A DNA stretch of 64,000 nucleotides from Octopus vulgaris (lineage: Eukaryota). Below, in pieces: positions 14,169 to 27,360 of this stretch. Every line of letters begins with the position of its first letter. Positions within the stretch are counted from its first letter, which is position 1. Location: the NCBI GenBank assembly GCA_951406725.2, contig OX597841.1, positions 16,864,001-16,928,000 on the forward strand. The letters are read 5' to 3'. A model generated the notes under the pieces. The model worked only from the letters and a program-made list of their open reading frames with translations, was not told where the DNA came from and did no database searches. Both the position numbers and the translations under genes were made by a program.

Positions 14169-14530
14169 ATATATATATAAAGTGAAAGGCGAGACAAAAT
14201 TTCGAAGACGGAAGAAAATAAGGGAGAGCAAGTATAGCAACAGAAGCAATAATACTACCAAAACAACAACACCAACAACAACAGCGGCAATAAAAACAAG
14301 AAAGTGAGGAAAAGATAATTATAAAGGATAAATATATAAATTAATAAAAAAAAAAGAATTACATAAACATACGCATATGTATAATATATATATGTATATA
14401 TATATATATATGTACATATGCATATATGTGTGTGTGTAGATATATATGTATATATATATATATATGAACAAATACATATATAAATATATGTATATTATGA
14501 CTCTCTATGTGTGCGTATATGATATGCATA

Positions 14531-14577
<47 letters not shown>

Positions 14578-14976
14578 ATTGTGTACATATATATGTATAT
14601 ATATATATATACACACATGCATACGTACATAGATGTATATATAGATGCGTATATGTATATCAAATACATGACTATATATATGTGCGTATATATACATATA
14701 CAAACACACACACACACACATGTATATATTTATATATTTTACATATACACATATATATATTGCGTGTATATATACGTTCCCCTATATGTCTATATATACA
14801 TGTAAGCATATATTTATGCATACATATATGTATGTGTTAATATATATACATACATATATAAATATTGTTTTCACGTGTATATACATACGCTTATCCATAT
14901 ATGTGTATCTCCATACATGTCTTAGCGTATACATACATACATACATACATACAACCATATATATGCACACGCACAA

Positions 14977-15011
<35 letters not shown>

Positions 15012-15375
15012 CGTACACATTTAGGCATGTATGTATACATGTATACATGTATATATGAACGTACGTCTGTATATTTACAAACGATCGATATCCCAGGAAA
15101 ATGTCGGCCTTTATGAGCTGATGATATTAACGCTAAATCTCGTTAAACGTGAGAGTTAAGTGACAAGGCTGGGCTCCGGCATCATATGCAACTAAAAGTC
15201 TTCAGTCCTGTACATATTATCAACACTTAGTGTTATAGCTTGGCTTTCTATGGCGCAGCGTGAGACAGGCCTCGGTGGCGTGGCCTTTGGTACGGTGTTC
15301 TGCGGAGCGATGCCGCGTGACGTCTGCTGTTCTTAACATGACGTTTTGCGGTTGTTATTAGAATGTCGTGTAGAC

Positions 15376-15734
15376 TCTCTCTTTTACTCTTTTTACTCTT
15401 TTACTTGTTTCAGTCATGTGACTGCGGCCATGCTGGAGCACCGCCTTTAGTCGAGCAAATCGACCACAGGACTTATTCTTTGTAAGCCTAGTACTTATTC
15501 TCTCGGACTCTTTTTTGCCGAACCGCTAAGTTACAGGGATATAAACACACCAGCATCGGTTGTCAAGCGATGTTGTGAGGACAGACACACAAACACGCAC
15601 ACAAACATACATATATATATATATACACATATATACGACGGGCTTCTTTCAGTTTCCGTCTACCAATTCCCCTCACAAGGTTTTGGTCGGGCCATGGCTA
15701 TAGTAGAAGACACTTGCCCAAGGTGCCACGCAGT
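15376..15734 (-). mobile_element. SINE family 1, 5'-truncated
   Basis: Reverse complement of family 1 body and CTCTTTTA tail. Confidence 0.9.
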
Positions 15735-15868
15735 TTTTTTAGCAAAACATATTAAGTAACGCCTATAATAAGTCAAAAGACATAAAAATAAACAAGTTTT
15801 TGATGGTTTTATAGATATTTCAAAATTATGATGCTATGTGTTTATATTATTTTGTTCAACACCTGTAA

Positions 15869-15915
<47 letters not shown>

Positions 15916-15919
<4 letters not shown>

Positions 15920-16117
15920 TCGTTAGCTCCTACACGCATTTCTTTTCTCTCCTTGTTTCTCTCCTTGTTTTTTTCTGTGTATCTTTCTGTCGAAGAGCGT
16001 AGGCTCGAAACGTAAAAGGCTTGTTCTATTTCTATTCCTGAGCGCCATACTAATACAATTGTTTGTTTGTACTCCACCTGCCTTCGTCTTTTGTTTATTT
16101 TCGTAAACCTTCCCGTT
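15916..16117 (+). mobile_element. HHR-bearing element family A (copy 2, intact motif)
   Basis: TCTTT-CTGTCGA-A-GAGC GTAG GCTC-GAAA-CG-TA-AAAGG at 15982-16019; (TA)n on both sides. Confidence 0.75.
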
Positions 16118-16129
16118 ATATATATATAT

Positions 16130-16160
<31 letters not shown>

Positions 16161-16161
<1 letters not shown>

Positions 16162-16320
16162 CGACGGGTTTCTTTCAGTTTCCGTCTACCAAATCCACTC
16201 ACAAGGCTTTGGTCGGCCCGAGGCTATAGTAGAAGACACTTGCCCAAGGTGCCACGCAGTGGGACTGAACCCGGAACCATGTGGTTGGTAAGCAAGCTAC
16301 TTACCACACAGCCACTCCTG
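16161..16320 (-). mobile_element. SINE family 1, 5' half
   Basis: Near-consensus head and core, between (TA)n runs. Confidence 0.9.
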
Positions 16321-16351
<31 letters not shown>

Positions 16352-16362
16352 TATATAATAAT

Positions 16363-16737
16363 ATAAATATAAGAGAGTGTTCACTATATTGATCACTCTA
16401 GCACCAGTTAATCCAAGAGGTTTCAACCACGAAAAATACATGTTTCCCATGAAAGCCGGTACGACTGTTAGCTCACACGGACAGGGCAAATAAAAAATAA
16501 CAAAAATACAGATTATCTTGGGACAATTGTTTCGCTATTAATGAATTAAATGTAATATTACTTACAGTAATCCATTTGTAGCTCTTCAGCCAATTTTTGT
16601 TATTTTTTATTTGCCCTGTCCGTGTGAGCTAACAGTCGTACCGGCTTTCATGGGAAACATGTATTTTTCGTGGTTGAAACCTCTTGGATTAACTGGTGCT
16701 AGAGTGATCAATATAGTGAACACTCTCTTATATTTAT
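16363..16737. repeat. perfect 145-bp inverted repeat with 85-bp spacer (Penelope-like inverted pLTR structure)
   Basis: 16363-16507 is the reverse complement of 16593-16737, with no mismatch found by eye. Confidence 0.92.
16518..16593 (-). ncRNA. type I hammerhead ribozyme, canonical core
   Basis: UUGG-CUGAAGA-GCUA[AAUGGAUUA/UAAUUCAUU, UGUAA/UUACA hairpin]UAGC-GAAA-CAAUUG-UC^CCAA; predicted cut between 16522 and 16521. Confidence 0.85.
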
Positions 16738-18234
16738 TTTGTGAAAATATTATAATATGTTATAAAATATTATAATAATCCAGGTTTCTCGTAGCACTAG
16801 GCCACTTGGTGTGGAATAAATATACTATTAAATTAGTATCTAATTCTCTCACCCTTATTAATTAATTATATACATATATATATATATATATCAGGTGGGG
16901 TGTATAATGATGTAAGTCTTGACGTAGTAGCAACTGCAACAATATCTACTTCTACTACTACTACTACTATTTCACCAATATCCCCACCCCCAACACCGCG
17001 CCCAGCTGGCAACAACGACAGCCAATAAAGACTGCAACAGGAACAACAACAACAACACCAATAGCCACAACTATTCGCAAATACTACACCGTTATTATCG
17101 ACAACAACGCAACTATCACCGCCACTACCACCACCACTACCACAATCAACAACAAGCAAGAAAAAAAAAACGAGATCTACCACGTGATTACAAACTAAGA
17201 GTCACAAATCAGACAGCCGCCATGATGCAGTCGAGAAAATGGCCGGTTTTCCTGTAATTGGGCGTCCATTATGGGAAATAATCGTGTCGCTTGATGGGAC
17301 AGTATGGATTAGTTGCGCCTATTTCGTGGTGTGTGTTTGTATGAGGTTGTGTACGTGCGCATGCGTATTCAGTGCTGTTTGTTACATGACGTTCTTTTGT
17401 TTCTGTTGATGTGTCTACGGGGTTTGGGTAGGGGTGTTGTGTTTGCGTCTGCGTTGAATTTGCTGGTTGTGTATATGTTCATGTGTATACAGTAAGGGCA
17501 AGAGAGAGAGAGGTAGAGAGCGAGAGAGTGAGAGAGAGTGCTAAAGAGGGAGAGCTTGAGAGAGTCAGAGAAAATGAGAGAGAGAGAGCTTGAGAGACAG
17601 AGAAAGAGAAAGGGAGAGAGAAAGTGAGAGAGAGTGCTAACGAGGGAGAACTTGAGAGTCAGAGAAAATGAGAGAGAGAGAGCTAGAGAGGCAGAGAAAG
17701 AGAAGGGAGAGCTAGAAGAAGAGAGAATGTGTGTGACAGAGTGTCTGTGTGTGTATGTCAGAGAGAGAATGTGTGTGTGTGTGTGTGAGTGTTAGAGTGT
17801 TAGAGAACGAGAACGAGTGTGTGAGAGAGTGCATGTGTATATGTGTGTGTCTGCGTCTGTATGCGTGTGTCTGCGTGTATGTATGTGTGTCTGTGTGTGT
17901 GTGTGTGTATGTGTGAATCGTTATTTAACAATGTGTTTATACGACAGTACACAGACGTGTCTATGTGTATGTGATTGCGTATGTATGTGTGTGTGTGTAT
18001 AGGTGTCAATTTAATGGTATGTTTATACAGCAGTGTATAAGTGTATGCATGTGTGTGTGTGTGTATGAGTTTGTGTGTGTGTGTGAACGGTTTAGTTTGC
18101 AATGTGTTTATACGGCAGTACATAGTCGCATGTATATGTGTGAGTACGTCTGTGTGTGTGCGTGTACTTGTGTGTGGTTGCGTATGTGTGTTCGTGCGGG
18201 CTCCAATTTCATGGTATGTTTATACTACAGTGTA

Positions 18235-18266
<32 letters not shown>

Positions 18267-18444
18267 CTCCAACAATTTCATGAAGTGTTTTATTTGGCAA
18301 TATACGGGCGCATGCGCACACAATACTTTATTACATGATATAGCTGTGTCTACGTGGTTGAGTATACCATGTCTGGGTAGCTAGACGTATTTGTGTGTGA
18401 GTGGCCACAGCCAAATGACCAAAACAAGTAAGAAAGTAAAAGAT

Positions 18445-18594
18445 ATGTGGTAGGTAGCTTGTTTACCAACCACATGGTTCCGGGTTCAGTCCCACTGCGT
18501 GGCACCTTGGGCAAGTGTCTTCTACTAGAGCCTCGGGCTGACCAAAGCTTTGTGAGTGGATTTGGTAGACGGAAACTGAAAGAAGCCCGTCGAG

Positions 18595-18643
<49 letters not shown>

Positions 18644-18812
18644 TTGTGTGTGCATGTGTATATTAGCGGTTCAGCAAGAGAGACCGATAGAATAAGTACT
18701 AGGCTTGCAAAGAATAAATCCTGTGGTCGCTTAGCTCGACTAAATGCGGTGCTCCAGCATGGCCACATTCAAATGACTGAAACAAGTAAATGAGTAAAGA
18801 GTAAAAGAGAGA
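18445..18812 (+). mobile_element. SINE family 1 with internal deletion
   Basis: Head, core, (TA)n and 3' tail match family 1. Confidence 0.88.
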
Positions 18813-19297
18813 GTATATATATGTATATATATATATGACGAGCCAGTTTCCATCTACCAAATCTAGTCACAAGGCATTGGTCGGCCTGAGGCCACGGTAG
18901 AAGACATTTGCTCAAAGTGTCACAGGGTTTGGTAAGCAAGCTTCTTACCACACAGCTACCCCTGGTTCGAGTTCGTATGCGTATTTGCGTGCGTTTACAT
19001 ATGTGGGTGCGGTTTTGTGTTTTCAAAACGTGTATGCGTGTGATTTTACCTAACTTATGTATGTTGATAACGATAGGTATACAGAAAAATCAGAGGAACA
19101 GATAGAGGGAGAGAGAGAGATGTATAGTGAACTATACAGACAGAGAGAGAGAATGATAGAGAGGAAGAGAGAGAGAGTGTCAGACCAACAGAGAGTAAGA
19201 GAGAGAAAGAGAGCCAGATACACAAGATGGAAAGTCAAACAATAAAATAGATAGATAGATATACAGAGAGATAGATATAGGTAGGCAGACAGACAGC

Positions 19298-19343
<46 letters not shown>

Positions 19344-19536
19344 TATAGAGAGGTGGGCAGACACATATACCGACAGACAGACAGACAGATAGATAGACAT
19401 AAATCGATAAACTGATAGATCAATATCTGTGTATGTCTGAATGTGTGTATATACATCTGTTTATAAACACATACGTATATATATTGATATATGCACTCTC
19501 TCTCCCTTTCTCTCTCTCTCCCCTCTCTCTCTCTCT

Positions 19537-19590
<54 letters not shown>

Positions 19591-19596
19591 ATAACA

Positions 19597-19800
19597 AAGG
19601 GTAAAATTAATTAATTAAGAAGTAATCAATAATTTCACCAATTAGAATTCGGCATGAAAAAAGGACCATTTTACGGTAAACTTAAGTAATACTTTTTTCT
19701 GTGAGCCCCTTTTAAGTAGAAGGAATAGCTAAGATTCTTTAACTGCTATTTCTAAACTTCGGTATGTGGTGAGGCAAATCGTTGCTGTGCTCTACTTATA
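19597..19800. mobile_element. unclassified two-module repeat adjacent to (TA)n
   Basis: Both modules recur at 57738-57928 with one module inverted. Confidence 0.65.
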
Positions 19801-20279
19801 AAGTATAGATAGATAGATAGATATTTATACACACACAGACAGGCAGATAAGCAATGATATCTAAATATATGTACGCACACACATATATATATGTGTGTAT
19901 CTATGTGTGCCTCTTCCCATTCATACGTCTCTATATACATACGCCTATACCCGTTTTGCTACTTACGAATGTTTATATGGAAATACGTATATATATATAC
20001 ATATATATATATATATGTAAATTTGTATGTATGTATACACATGGTCGTCTGTACATTTATACGTCTACGTACCTGCTTTTATACACACATGCGTGCGCGT
20101 AGCTGGTCAAACAGCGATGTAATGAGACAGAAACAAAGATGGCGTCGACGAGAAAGCGATGCGATGGAAAAAAGAGAAATCCATGGCCGACAGACGAGTT
20201 AAATAGATAAAGACGTTTGGGTGTGTGTATACGTGTGTTTAACTATATACGCATCAATCACTCATACCTATACACATGC

Positions 20280-20280
20280 G

Positions 20281-20317
<37 letters not shown>

Positions 20318-20904
20318 ATATATATATGTGTGTGTATATATATATGTGTGTGTATATATATATGTGTGTGTATATATATATGTGTGTGTATATATATATG
20401 TGTGTGTGTATATATATATGTGTGTGTGTGTGTATATATATATGTGTGTGTGTGTGTATATATATATGTGTGTGTGTGTGTATATATATATGTGTGTGTG
20501 TGTGTGTATATATATGTGTGTGTGTGTGTGTATATATATGTGTGTGTGTGTGTGTATATATATGTGTGTGTGTGTGTGTATATATGTGTGTGTGTGTATA
20601 TATATATGTGTGTGTGTGTATATATGTGTGTGTGTGTGTGTGTATATATGTGTGTGTGTGTATATATATATGTGTGTATATATATATATATGTATATATA
20701 TATATGTGTGTGTATATATATATATGTATATATATATATATGTGTGTGTGTATATATATATATGTATATATATGTGTGTGTGTATATATATATGTATATA
20801 TATATGTGTGTGTGTATATATATATGTATATATATATGTGTGTGTGTATATATATATGTATATATATATTTGTGTGTGTGTATATATATATGTATATATA
20901 TATT

Positions 20905-20943
<39 letters not shown>

Positions 20944-21000
20944 ATATATTATATATATATATATGTGTATATATATGTATATATATATATATATGCACAT
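20280..21000. repeat. alternating (TA)n(TG)n compound microsatellite
   Basis: Directly visible, about 720 bp. Confidence 0.95.
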
Positions 21001-21133
21001 TATCTATCTATATGCGAATATATACCAACGTATAGACTGTATGTATAAAGATAAGTAATTAAATATATATATGCTTATTAACATATTTTTCTATCTATCT
21101 ATACATATATATGTATACACATACACACATATA

Positions 21134-21172
<39 letters not shown>

Positions 21173-21500
21173 ATGTATGTATACATATTATGACCACATG
21201 CATTCATTCGCACGTATATTATACACACACACACATACAAACACACCCACACACATTGACAAACGTGCCTTGAAAACTGTGACGCCGAACGTGTCTACAA
21301 ATGACCGTATATGATACGTATTTGTCATCATATCTGTCAGCGTCAGCGTCTGTGCGCGTGCAGACAAGCATAGTGTTCGAGGGTGTATACACACATGCCT
21401 AATATACATACATAAACGCATACATAAAAGCATTGTATATATATATATATGTAGGTTTATGTCCACCCATAACATATACGTTTTTGTAGGATCCTATATA

Positions 21501-21552
<52 letters not shown>

Positions 21553-22309
21553 TATTATACATGTGTATATATATATTATATATATATATATATGCATGTG
21601 GGCGAGTGGCTGTAAGCGTCTGTGTGTCTCTTTTCCCTCTCTATACGTCTGTCACTTCCGTTTGCGCGCTTTTCCAATCTTAACTACACTTATGCCTACG
21701 TAGATAATTTGATAAATGTCAGAAAAATGAACATCGTTTTGGATTTTTTCTTTGCTTCTTTTCGTTTTCTCGGCCATTTGTAATTTTCAGGGACATTTTT
21801 CTTTTTTTTTTTTTTTTTTATCTGTCTTTATTTTATTTTATTTCGTCATTTTTTTTTTCTATAACCGGAAAAAAATTTTGCTTCATTTTCTTCCATTTTT
21901 TTTCCATTTTTTTCTTTCATTTTTCTCCCCAATCCTTTCCTTGTCCCTTCGTTTTCATAAACTTTCTCTTTATTCTTGCAGTTGTTGTTTGTGATAATGT
22001 GAATGTTTCTGTTGTTGTTACACATTCTCACTTCTACACTTTATTACAGTCGTTTTTTTTTATATTTGTTTTGTGTTTTTGTTATTCACTCTTTTTCCCT
22101 ATATTACACTCTATTATCATTCTTCTTCTTTTCAATATATACATACTATGTATATAAACACATGCATATATCTATATAAATATACGCACATACATGTATA
22201 TTAAAAACACAAACACACAAATGTCATATATATGTATATATATATATGTGTGTGTGTGTGTATATGTATGTATGTATGTATGTATGGTCAGACATATATA
22301 TGTATGGGG

Positions 22310-22341
<32 letters not shown>

Positions 22342-22501
22342 GTATATGTATGTATGTATATATGGTCAGACATATATATGTATGGACACACACATACATA
22401 TATAGATATATATATACATATATATATGTATGTATGTATGGTCAGACATATATATATATGGACACACACATACATATATAGATATATATACGCACATACA
22501 C

Positions 22502-22552
<51 letters not shown>

Positions 22553-22649
22553 CATACATTATATATATATATCGAAGATATACATTCAGACATAGAATAG
22601 TGAGTGTATAATCATACGAGACAAAGAATATGGTCATCAGTTGCACAGA

Positions 22650-22960
22650 ACAAACGGGTAGAAAATATACAAGAAGAATCGCAGAAACTTAATATAGAAA
22701 CTTCAAATATTTAAGACAAATGCTAAATCAGGGAAGGAGGTTCCATGAGAAAAACGTTATTCAAAGAATGAAGCCTAAAACAACGTTTGTAAAAATGAAT
22801 AATGATCTCCACCTGGAAGGACATCATGCTGCTTCTTAAAATCAGACGAGTAAACTGTTATATTATGCCAATTGTCTTTCTATATGGTGGAACTTTGGAC
22901 AACGTACACAGCTCTAATGGAAAAGATTATCTGCAGAAGACGGGGTAACCAATGCTGTAG
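22650..22960 (+). mobile_element. RTE-clade LINE reverse transcriptase C-terminal relic
   Basis: With frameshifts: NFKYLRQMLNQ...QRM..KTTFVKMNN..TWKDIMLLLKIRRVNCYIMPIV..Y.VELWTTYTALMEKI, matching the FKYLG...LYGxExWT pattern. Confidence 0.65.
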
Positions 22961-22979
22961 TTTTAGTAATGCTGAAAGT

Positions 22980-23640
22980 GGAGGTGCAATGGCCCAGTGG
23001 TTAGGGCAGCGGACTCGCGGTCATAGGATCGCGGTTTCGATTCCCAGACCGGGCGTTTTGAGTGTTTATTGAGTGAAAACACCTAAAAGCTCCACGAGGC
23101 TCCGGCAGGGGATGGTGGTGATCTCTGCTGCACTCTTTCACCACAACTTTCTCTCACTCTTACTTCCTGTTTCTGTTGTACCTGTATTTCAAAGGGGCCG
23201 GCCTTGTCACTCTCTGTGTCACACTGAATATCCCCGAGAACTACGTTAAGGGTACATGTGTCTGTGGAGTGCTCAGCCACTTACACGTTAATTTCACGAG
23301 TAGGCTGTTCCGTTGATCGGATCAACTGGAACCCTCGTCGTCGTAACCGACGGAGTGCTTCCATCCGAGGCTCCGGCAGGAGATGGTGGTGATCCCTGTT
23401 GTACTCTTTCACCACAACTTTCTCTCACTCTTACTTCCTGTTTCTGTTGTACCTGTATTTCAAGGGGCCGGCCTTGTCACTCTCTGTGTCACGTTGAATA
23501 TCCCCGAGAACTACGTTAAGGGTGCACGTGTCTGTGGAGTGCTCAGCCACTTACACGTTAATTTCACGAGCAGGCTGTTCCGTTGATTCGGATCAACCGG
23601 AACCCTCGTCGTCGTAACCGACGGAGTACTAAAGAAGAAG
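22980..23640 (+). mobile_element. tRNA(Arg-like)-derived SINE family 3, full copy plus tandem 3' partial copy
   Basis: TGGCCCAGTGGTTAGGGC A-box, GGTTTCGATTCCC B-box; TSD AATGCTGAAAGT at 22968-22979 and 23641-23652. Confidence 0.9.
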
Positions 23641-23722
23641 AATGCTGAAAGTTCGATGATAAATAAAATGGAGAATCTAGCCCGCAAAGACATCGAATTT
23701 GGTGGATAGAGTGCATCAGAAG

Positions 23723-24203
23723 TCGCTGGCAGAAACGTAAGCACGCAGGGCGAAATGCCTTAGTGGTGTTTCGTCAGTCTTTACGTTCTGAGTTCAAATT
23801 CTGCGGAGGTCGACTTTGCCTTTCATCCTTTCGGGGTCGATAAATTAAGCACTAGTTGCGTACTGGGATTGATCTAATCGATTGGCCCCCTTTCCCCGAA
23901 ATGTCGGGCTTTGTGCCTAGAATATTATAACATTGTACATAAGGGGGCGAGCTGGCAGAATCGTTCGCACGCCGGGCGAAATGCGTAGACGTATTTCGTC
24001 GGTCTTTACGTTCTGAGTTCAAATTCTGCCGAGGTCGACTTTGCCTTTCATCCTTTCGGGGTCGATTAAATAAGTACCAGTTACGCACTGGGGTCGATCA
24101 AATAAGTACCAGTTAAGCACTGGAGTCAATGTAATCGACTTAATCCTTTTGTCTGTCTTTGTTTTATCCCCTCTGTTTAGTCCCCTGTGGGCAATAAAGA
24201 AAT
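23723..24203 (+). mobile_element. two adjacent SINE family 2 copies
   Basis: GCTGGCAGAA..GGGCGAAATG..GAGTTCAAATTC..GTCGACTTTGCCTTTCATCCTTTCGGGGTCGAT at about 23725 and 23950, with different 3' tails. Confidence 0.88.
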
Positions 24204-24224
24204 ATACATACATATATATATACA

Positions 24225-24493
24225 CTAGCTGGCTCCGTGCCGTCACAAATAAGGACTAAAAGAACTTTTTTTTTCACACATACAAACATTCACATACTTC
24301 CCTTTTACATGCACAAAAATGCACACATATACTCACAGAGTTGAAACGCTGCTTGATTTTCTCTTTTTCACCATACAATTCCCAGCATCCCTCTACCAGT
24401 GTGCCATCGCCCCTTCCTTATTCATCTACCACCCCTTCCTTTCTCATCCATATGTTGTGACGGAGAAAACTACAAAAGTATTATTATAGTAGA
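24225..24493 (-). mobile_element. non-autonomous Helitron/Helentron-like element with subterminal inverted repeats
   Basis: Minus strand starts A|TC and ends CTAG|T; CCGTCACAA (24240-24248) / TTGTGACGG (24455-24463) inverted pair. Confidence 0.65.
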
Positions 24494-24617
24494 TATATAT
24501 ATACGCTCTAGCTGCTAGGAATGTGTTTCGTATGTAAATTGGTTTATCAAACAGCGTTACACGCTAAAGTCAGTGAGTATTTAAGCATTGCGTTCGTGGA
24601 TCGATAACGAGTTGAAT

Positions 24618-24661
24618 GTGGTGCGGATGAAAGATCAATAAATCCTGAAACATGTATCTAC
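24618..24661 (+). ncRNA. degenerate type I hammerhead motif
   Basis: GUGGUG-CGGAUGA-AAGAU caauaa AUCCU-GAAA-CAUG-UA^UCUAC; U4G core change and stem mismatches. Confidence 0.45.
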
Positions 24662-24907
24662 AACCATTAACTTTTTATTTTCTGTCTCCGATCGCATTGT
24701 TTATATAGATGTATGCTTTATGAAACGGCGTAACTTACGATGCTGCTTCTGAATACTGTAGAAAATCTATAGAGAGAAACTGAACAAAATTTACATATAT
24801 ATATATATTTGTGTATATATGTATGAAGAGAGACATAGATGTATATGTATATATATATATGTATATATATATATTTATGTATATATGTATAGAGACAGAC
24901 AGAGATG

Positions 24908-24938
<31 letters not shown>

Positions 24939-24988
24939 GTATATATGTATAAAGAGAAACAGACATATATATATATATATATACACAA

Positions 24989-25035
<47 letters not shown>

Positions 25036-25137
25036 CAAATATATATATATATATATATATATAGAACACAAATATGTATATATATATATATATACATACA
25101 CAAATATGTATATATATATATATATACATACACAAAT

Positions 25138-25179
<42 letters not shown>

Positions 25180-25270
25180 ATATATGTATAAAGAGAGACA
25201 GACATATGTATATGTGTGTGTGTGTGTGTATATATGTATAAAGAGAGACAGACATATGTATATGTGTGTG

Positions 25271-25310
<40 letters not shown>

Positions 25311-25343
25311 GTATATATGTATAAAGAGAGACAGACAGACAGA

Positions 25344-25381
<38 letters not shown>

Positions 25382-25696
25382 CTGCAAAGGATGGAGGGAA
25401 GAAGGAGGAGAGAAGAACATACAATGACTGTTATTAAGTTTTAGTCAATTTTAAAAAGATGTCTGCCATCGTCGTTCGTTATTGAAATCTTACACAATAT
25501 GGTGTGGTTTGATGATGCATTGCTATGAGCGAATACGTTATTACTCGGCGGTAAGAAGACGAAATTATAAACAGAGAAAATATATAGAAGCGGGGAGGAC
25601 AAAAGTAAAATCAGGGGGTGAGCGAAAGAGAAAGTATGGAAGAGGAAAACGAAGAATACGAAGAAGAAAGAATAACATAAAACTAAATACTACGTG

Positions 25697-26083
25697 ATGG
25701 AAGCTCTCCGTCGGTTACGACGACGAGGGTTCCGGTTGATCCGAATCAACGGAACAGCCTGCTCGTGAAATTAACGTGTAAGTGGCTGAGCACTCCACAG
25801 ACACGTGCGCCCTTAACGTAGTTCTCGGGGATATTCAGCGTGACACAGAGAGTGACAAGGCCGGCCCCTTGAAATACAGGTACAACAGAAACAGGAAGTA
25901 AGAGTGAGAGAAAGTTGTGGTGAAAGAGTACAGCAGGGATCACCACCATCCCCTGCCGGAGCCTTGTGGAGCTTTTAGGTGTTTTCGCTCAATAAACACT
26001 CACAACGCCCGGTCTGGGAATCGAAACCGCGATCCTACGACCGCGAGTCCGCTGCCCTAACCACTGGGCCATTGCGTCTCCAC
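25697..26083 (-). mobile_element. SINE family 3, full length
   Basis: Reverse complement of the 22980 copy; TSD-like AAATACTAYGT at 25685 and 26084. Confidence 0.9.
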
Positions 26084-26226
26084 AAATACTATGTATGTAA
26101 TGATCATAAAAAGGATAATCATAGAGTGAAAGTGAAAGTACGGGATATAGTGGGTAGTGTATTCGGTTCGTGATTGTGAGGTGGTGAGTTCGATTACCGG
26201 TGACGGGTTTTCTCCTTGGGCAAGAC

Positions 26227-26650
26227 ACTTCATTCTTCAGATTATTGCGCAGGAGTGGCTGTGTGGTAAGTAGCTGGTTTACCAGCCCCATGGTTCCGGG
26301 TTCAGTCCCACTGCGTGACACCTTGGGTAAGTGTCTTGTACTATATCCTCAGGCTGACCAAAGCCTTGTGAGTGGATTTGGCAGACGGAAACTAAAAGAA
26401 GCCCGTCGCATATATGTATATATATGTGTGTGTGTGTGTTTGTGTGTCTGTGATTGTCCTCCTAGCATCGCTTAACAACCGATGCTGGTGTGTTTATGTC
26501 CCCGTTACTTAGCGGTTCGGCAAAAGAGACCGATAGTATAAGGACTGGGCTTACAAAAGAATAAGTCCTGGGGTCGATTTGCTCGATTGAAGGTGGTGCT
26601 CCAGCATGGCCGCAGTCAAATGACTGAAACAAGTAAAAGAGTAAAAGAGA
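26227..26650 (+). mobile_element. SINE family 1, full length
   Basis: Head, core, internal (TA/TG)n, tail. Confidence 0.9.
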
Positions 26651-27135
26651 GATGATGATGGCGATGAAGTTGTTGTTGTTGTGAGTCTGTCGTAGCCTGA
26701 GAAAACACGGTCCTGTCATTTTTTTTTGCTGTCAAACCCGATCGTAAGGTGATGAGTTCGATTACAGGTGACGGGTTTTGTCCTTGGGCAAGACACTTTT
26801 TTCATGTTGCTAGCAAATGATGATGATGATGATAATGAGTCTCTCGTAGCCTGAAAAAAGACGGTTCTGTCATTTTTTTTACTGAACAAGTCCGATCATG
26901 AGATGGTGAGTTCGATTACCAGTGACGAGTTTTGTCCTTGGGCAAGACACTTCATTCTTAACGTTGCTAGGAAGTGATAATGATAATGATGCTGATGTTG
27001 TGAGTCTCCTGTAGTCTAAAAAAATATGGTTTTGTCATTGTTTTGCTGAACAAACCCGATCGTAAGATGGTGAATTCGATCACCAGTGGTGGATTTTGTT
27101 CTTGGGCAAGACACTTCATTCTTCACGCTGCTATT
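26650..27135 (+). repeat. three tandem units of about 160 bp containing a SINE B-box/core fragment
   Basis: GTGAGTTCGATTAC..GTGACG..TTTTGTCCTTGGGCAAGACACTT in each unit; related SINE head at 26150-26226. Confidence 0.85.
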
Positions 27136-27174
27136 AAAAATGAGTCGTATGTATAATTCAACGGATGAACTTAT

Positions 27175-27360
27175 CTGTTATGACAGATGAATAAGTATTG
27201 ACAGAGCATTAAAACATATAAATAAGTATTGACAGAACGTTATGACAGATGAATAAGTATTGACAGATGATTATTGACAGATGATTATTGACAGACCGTT
27301 ATGACAGATGAATAAGTATTGACTGACCGTTATCATAGACAAGTATTGAGACTGTTATGA
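27175..27360. repeat. minisatellite built on GTTATGACAGATGAATAAGTATTGACAGA
   Basis: Directly visible, 8 TGACAG hexamers. Confidence 0.85.

Noticed and set aside
22980-23055. tRNA gene
   Set aside because: A and B boxes present, but it continues into a multi-copy SINE body and lacks a proper cloverleaf; the same applies to other SINE heads
26650-27360. CRISPR-like repeat array
   Set aside because: Whole units are repeated without unique spacers; eukaryotic context and no cas genes
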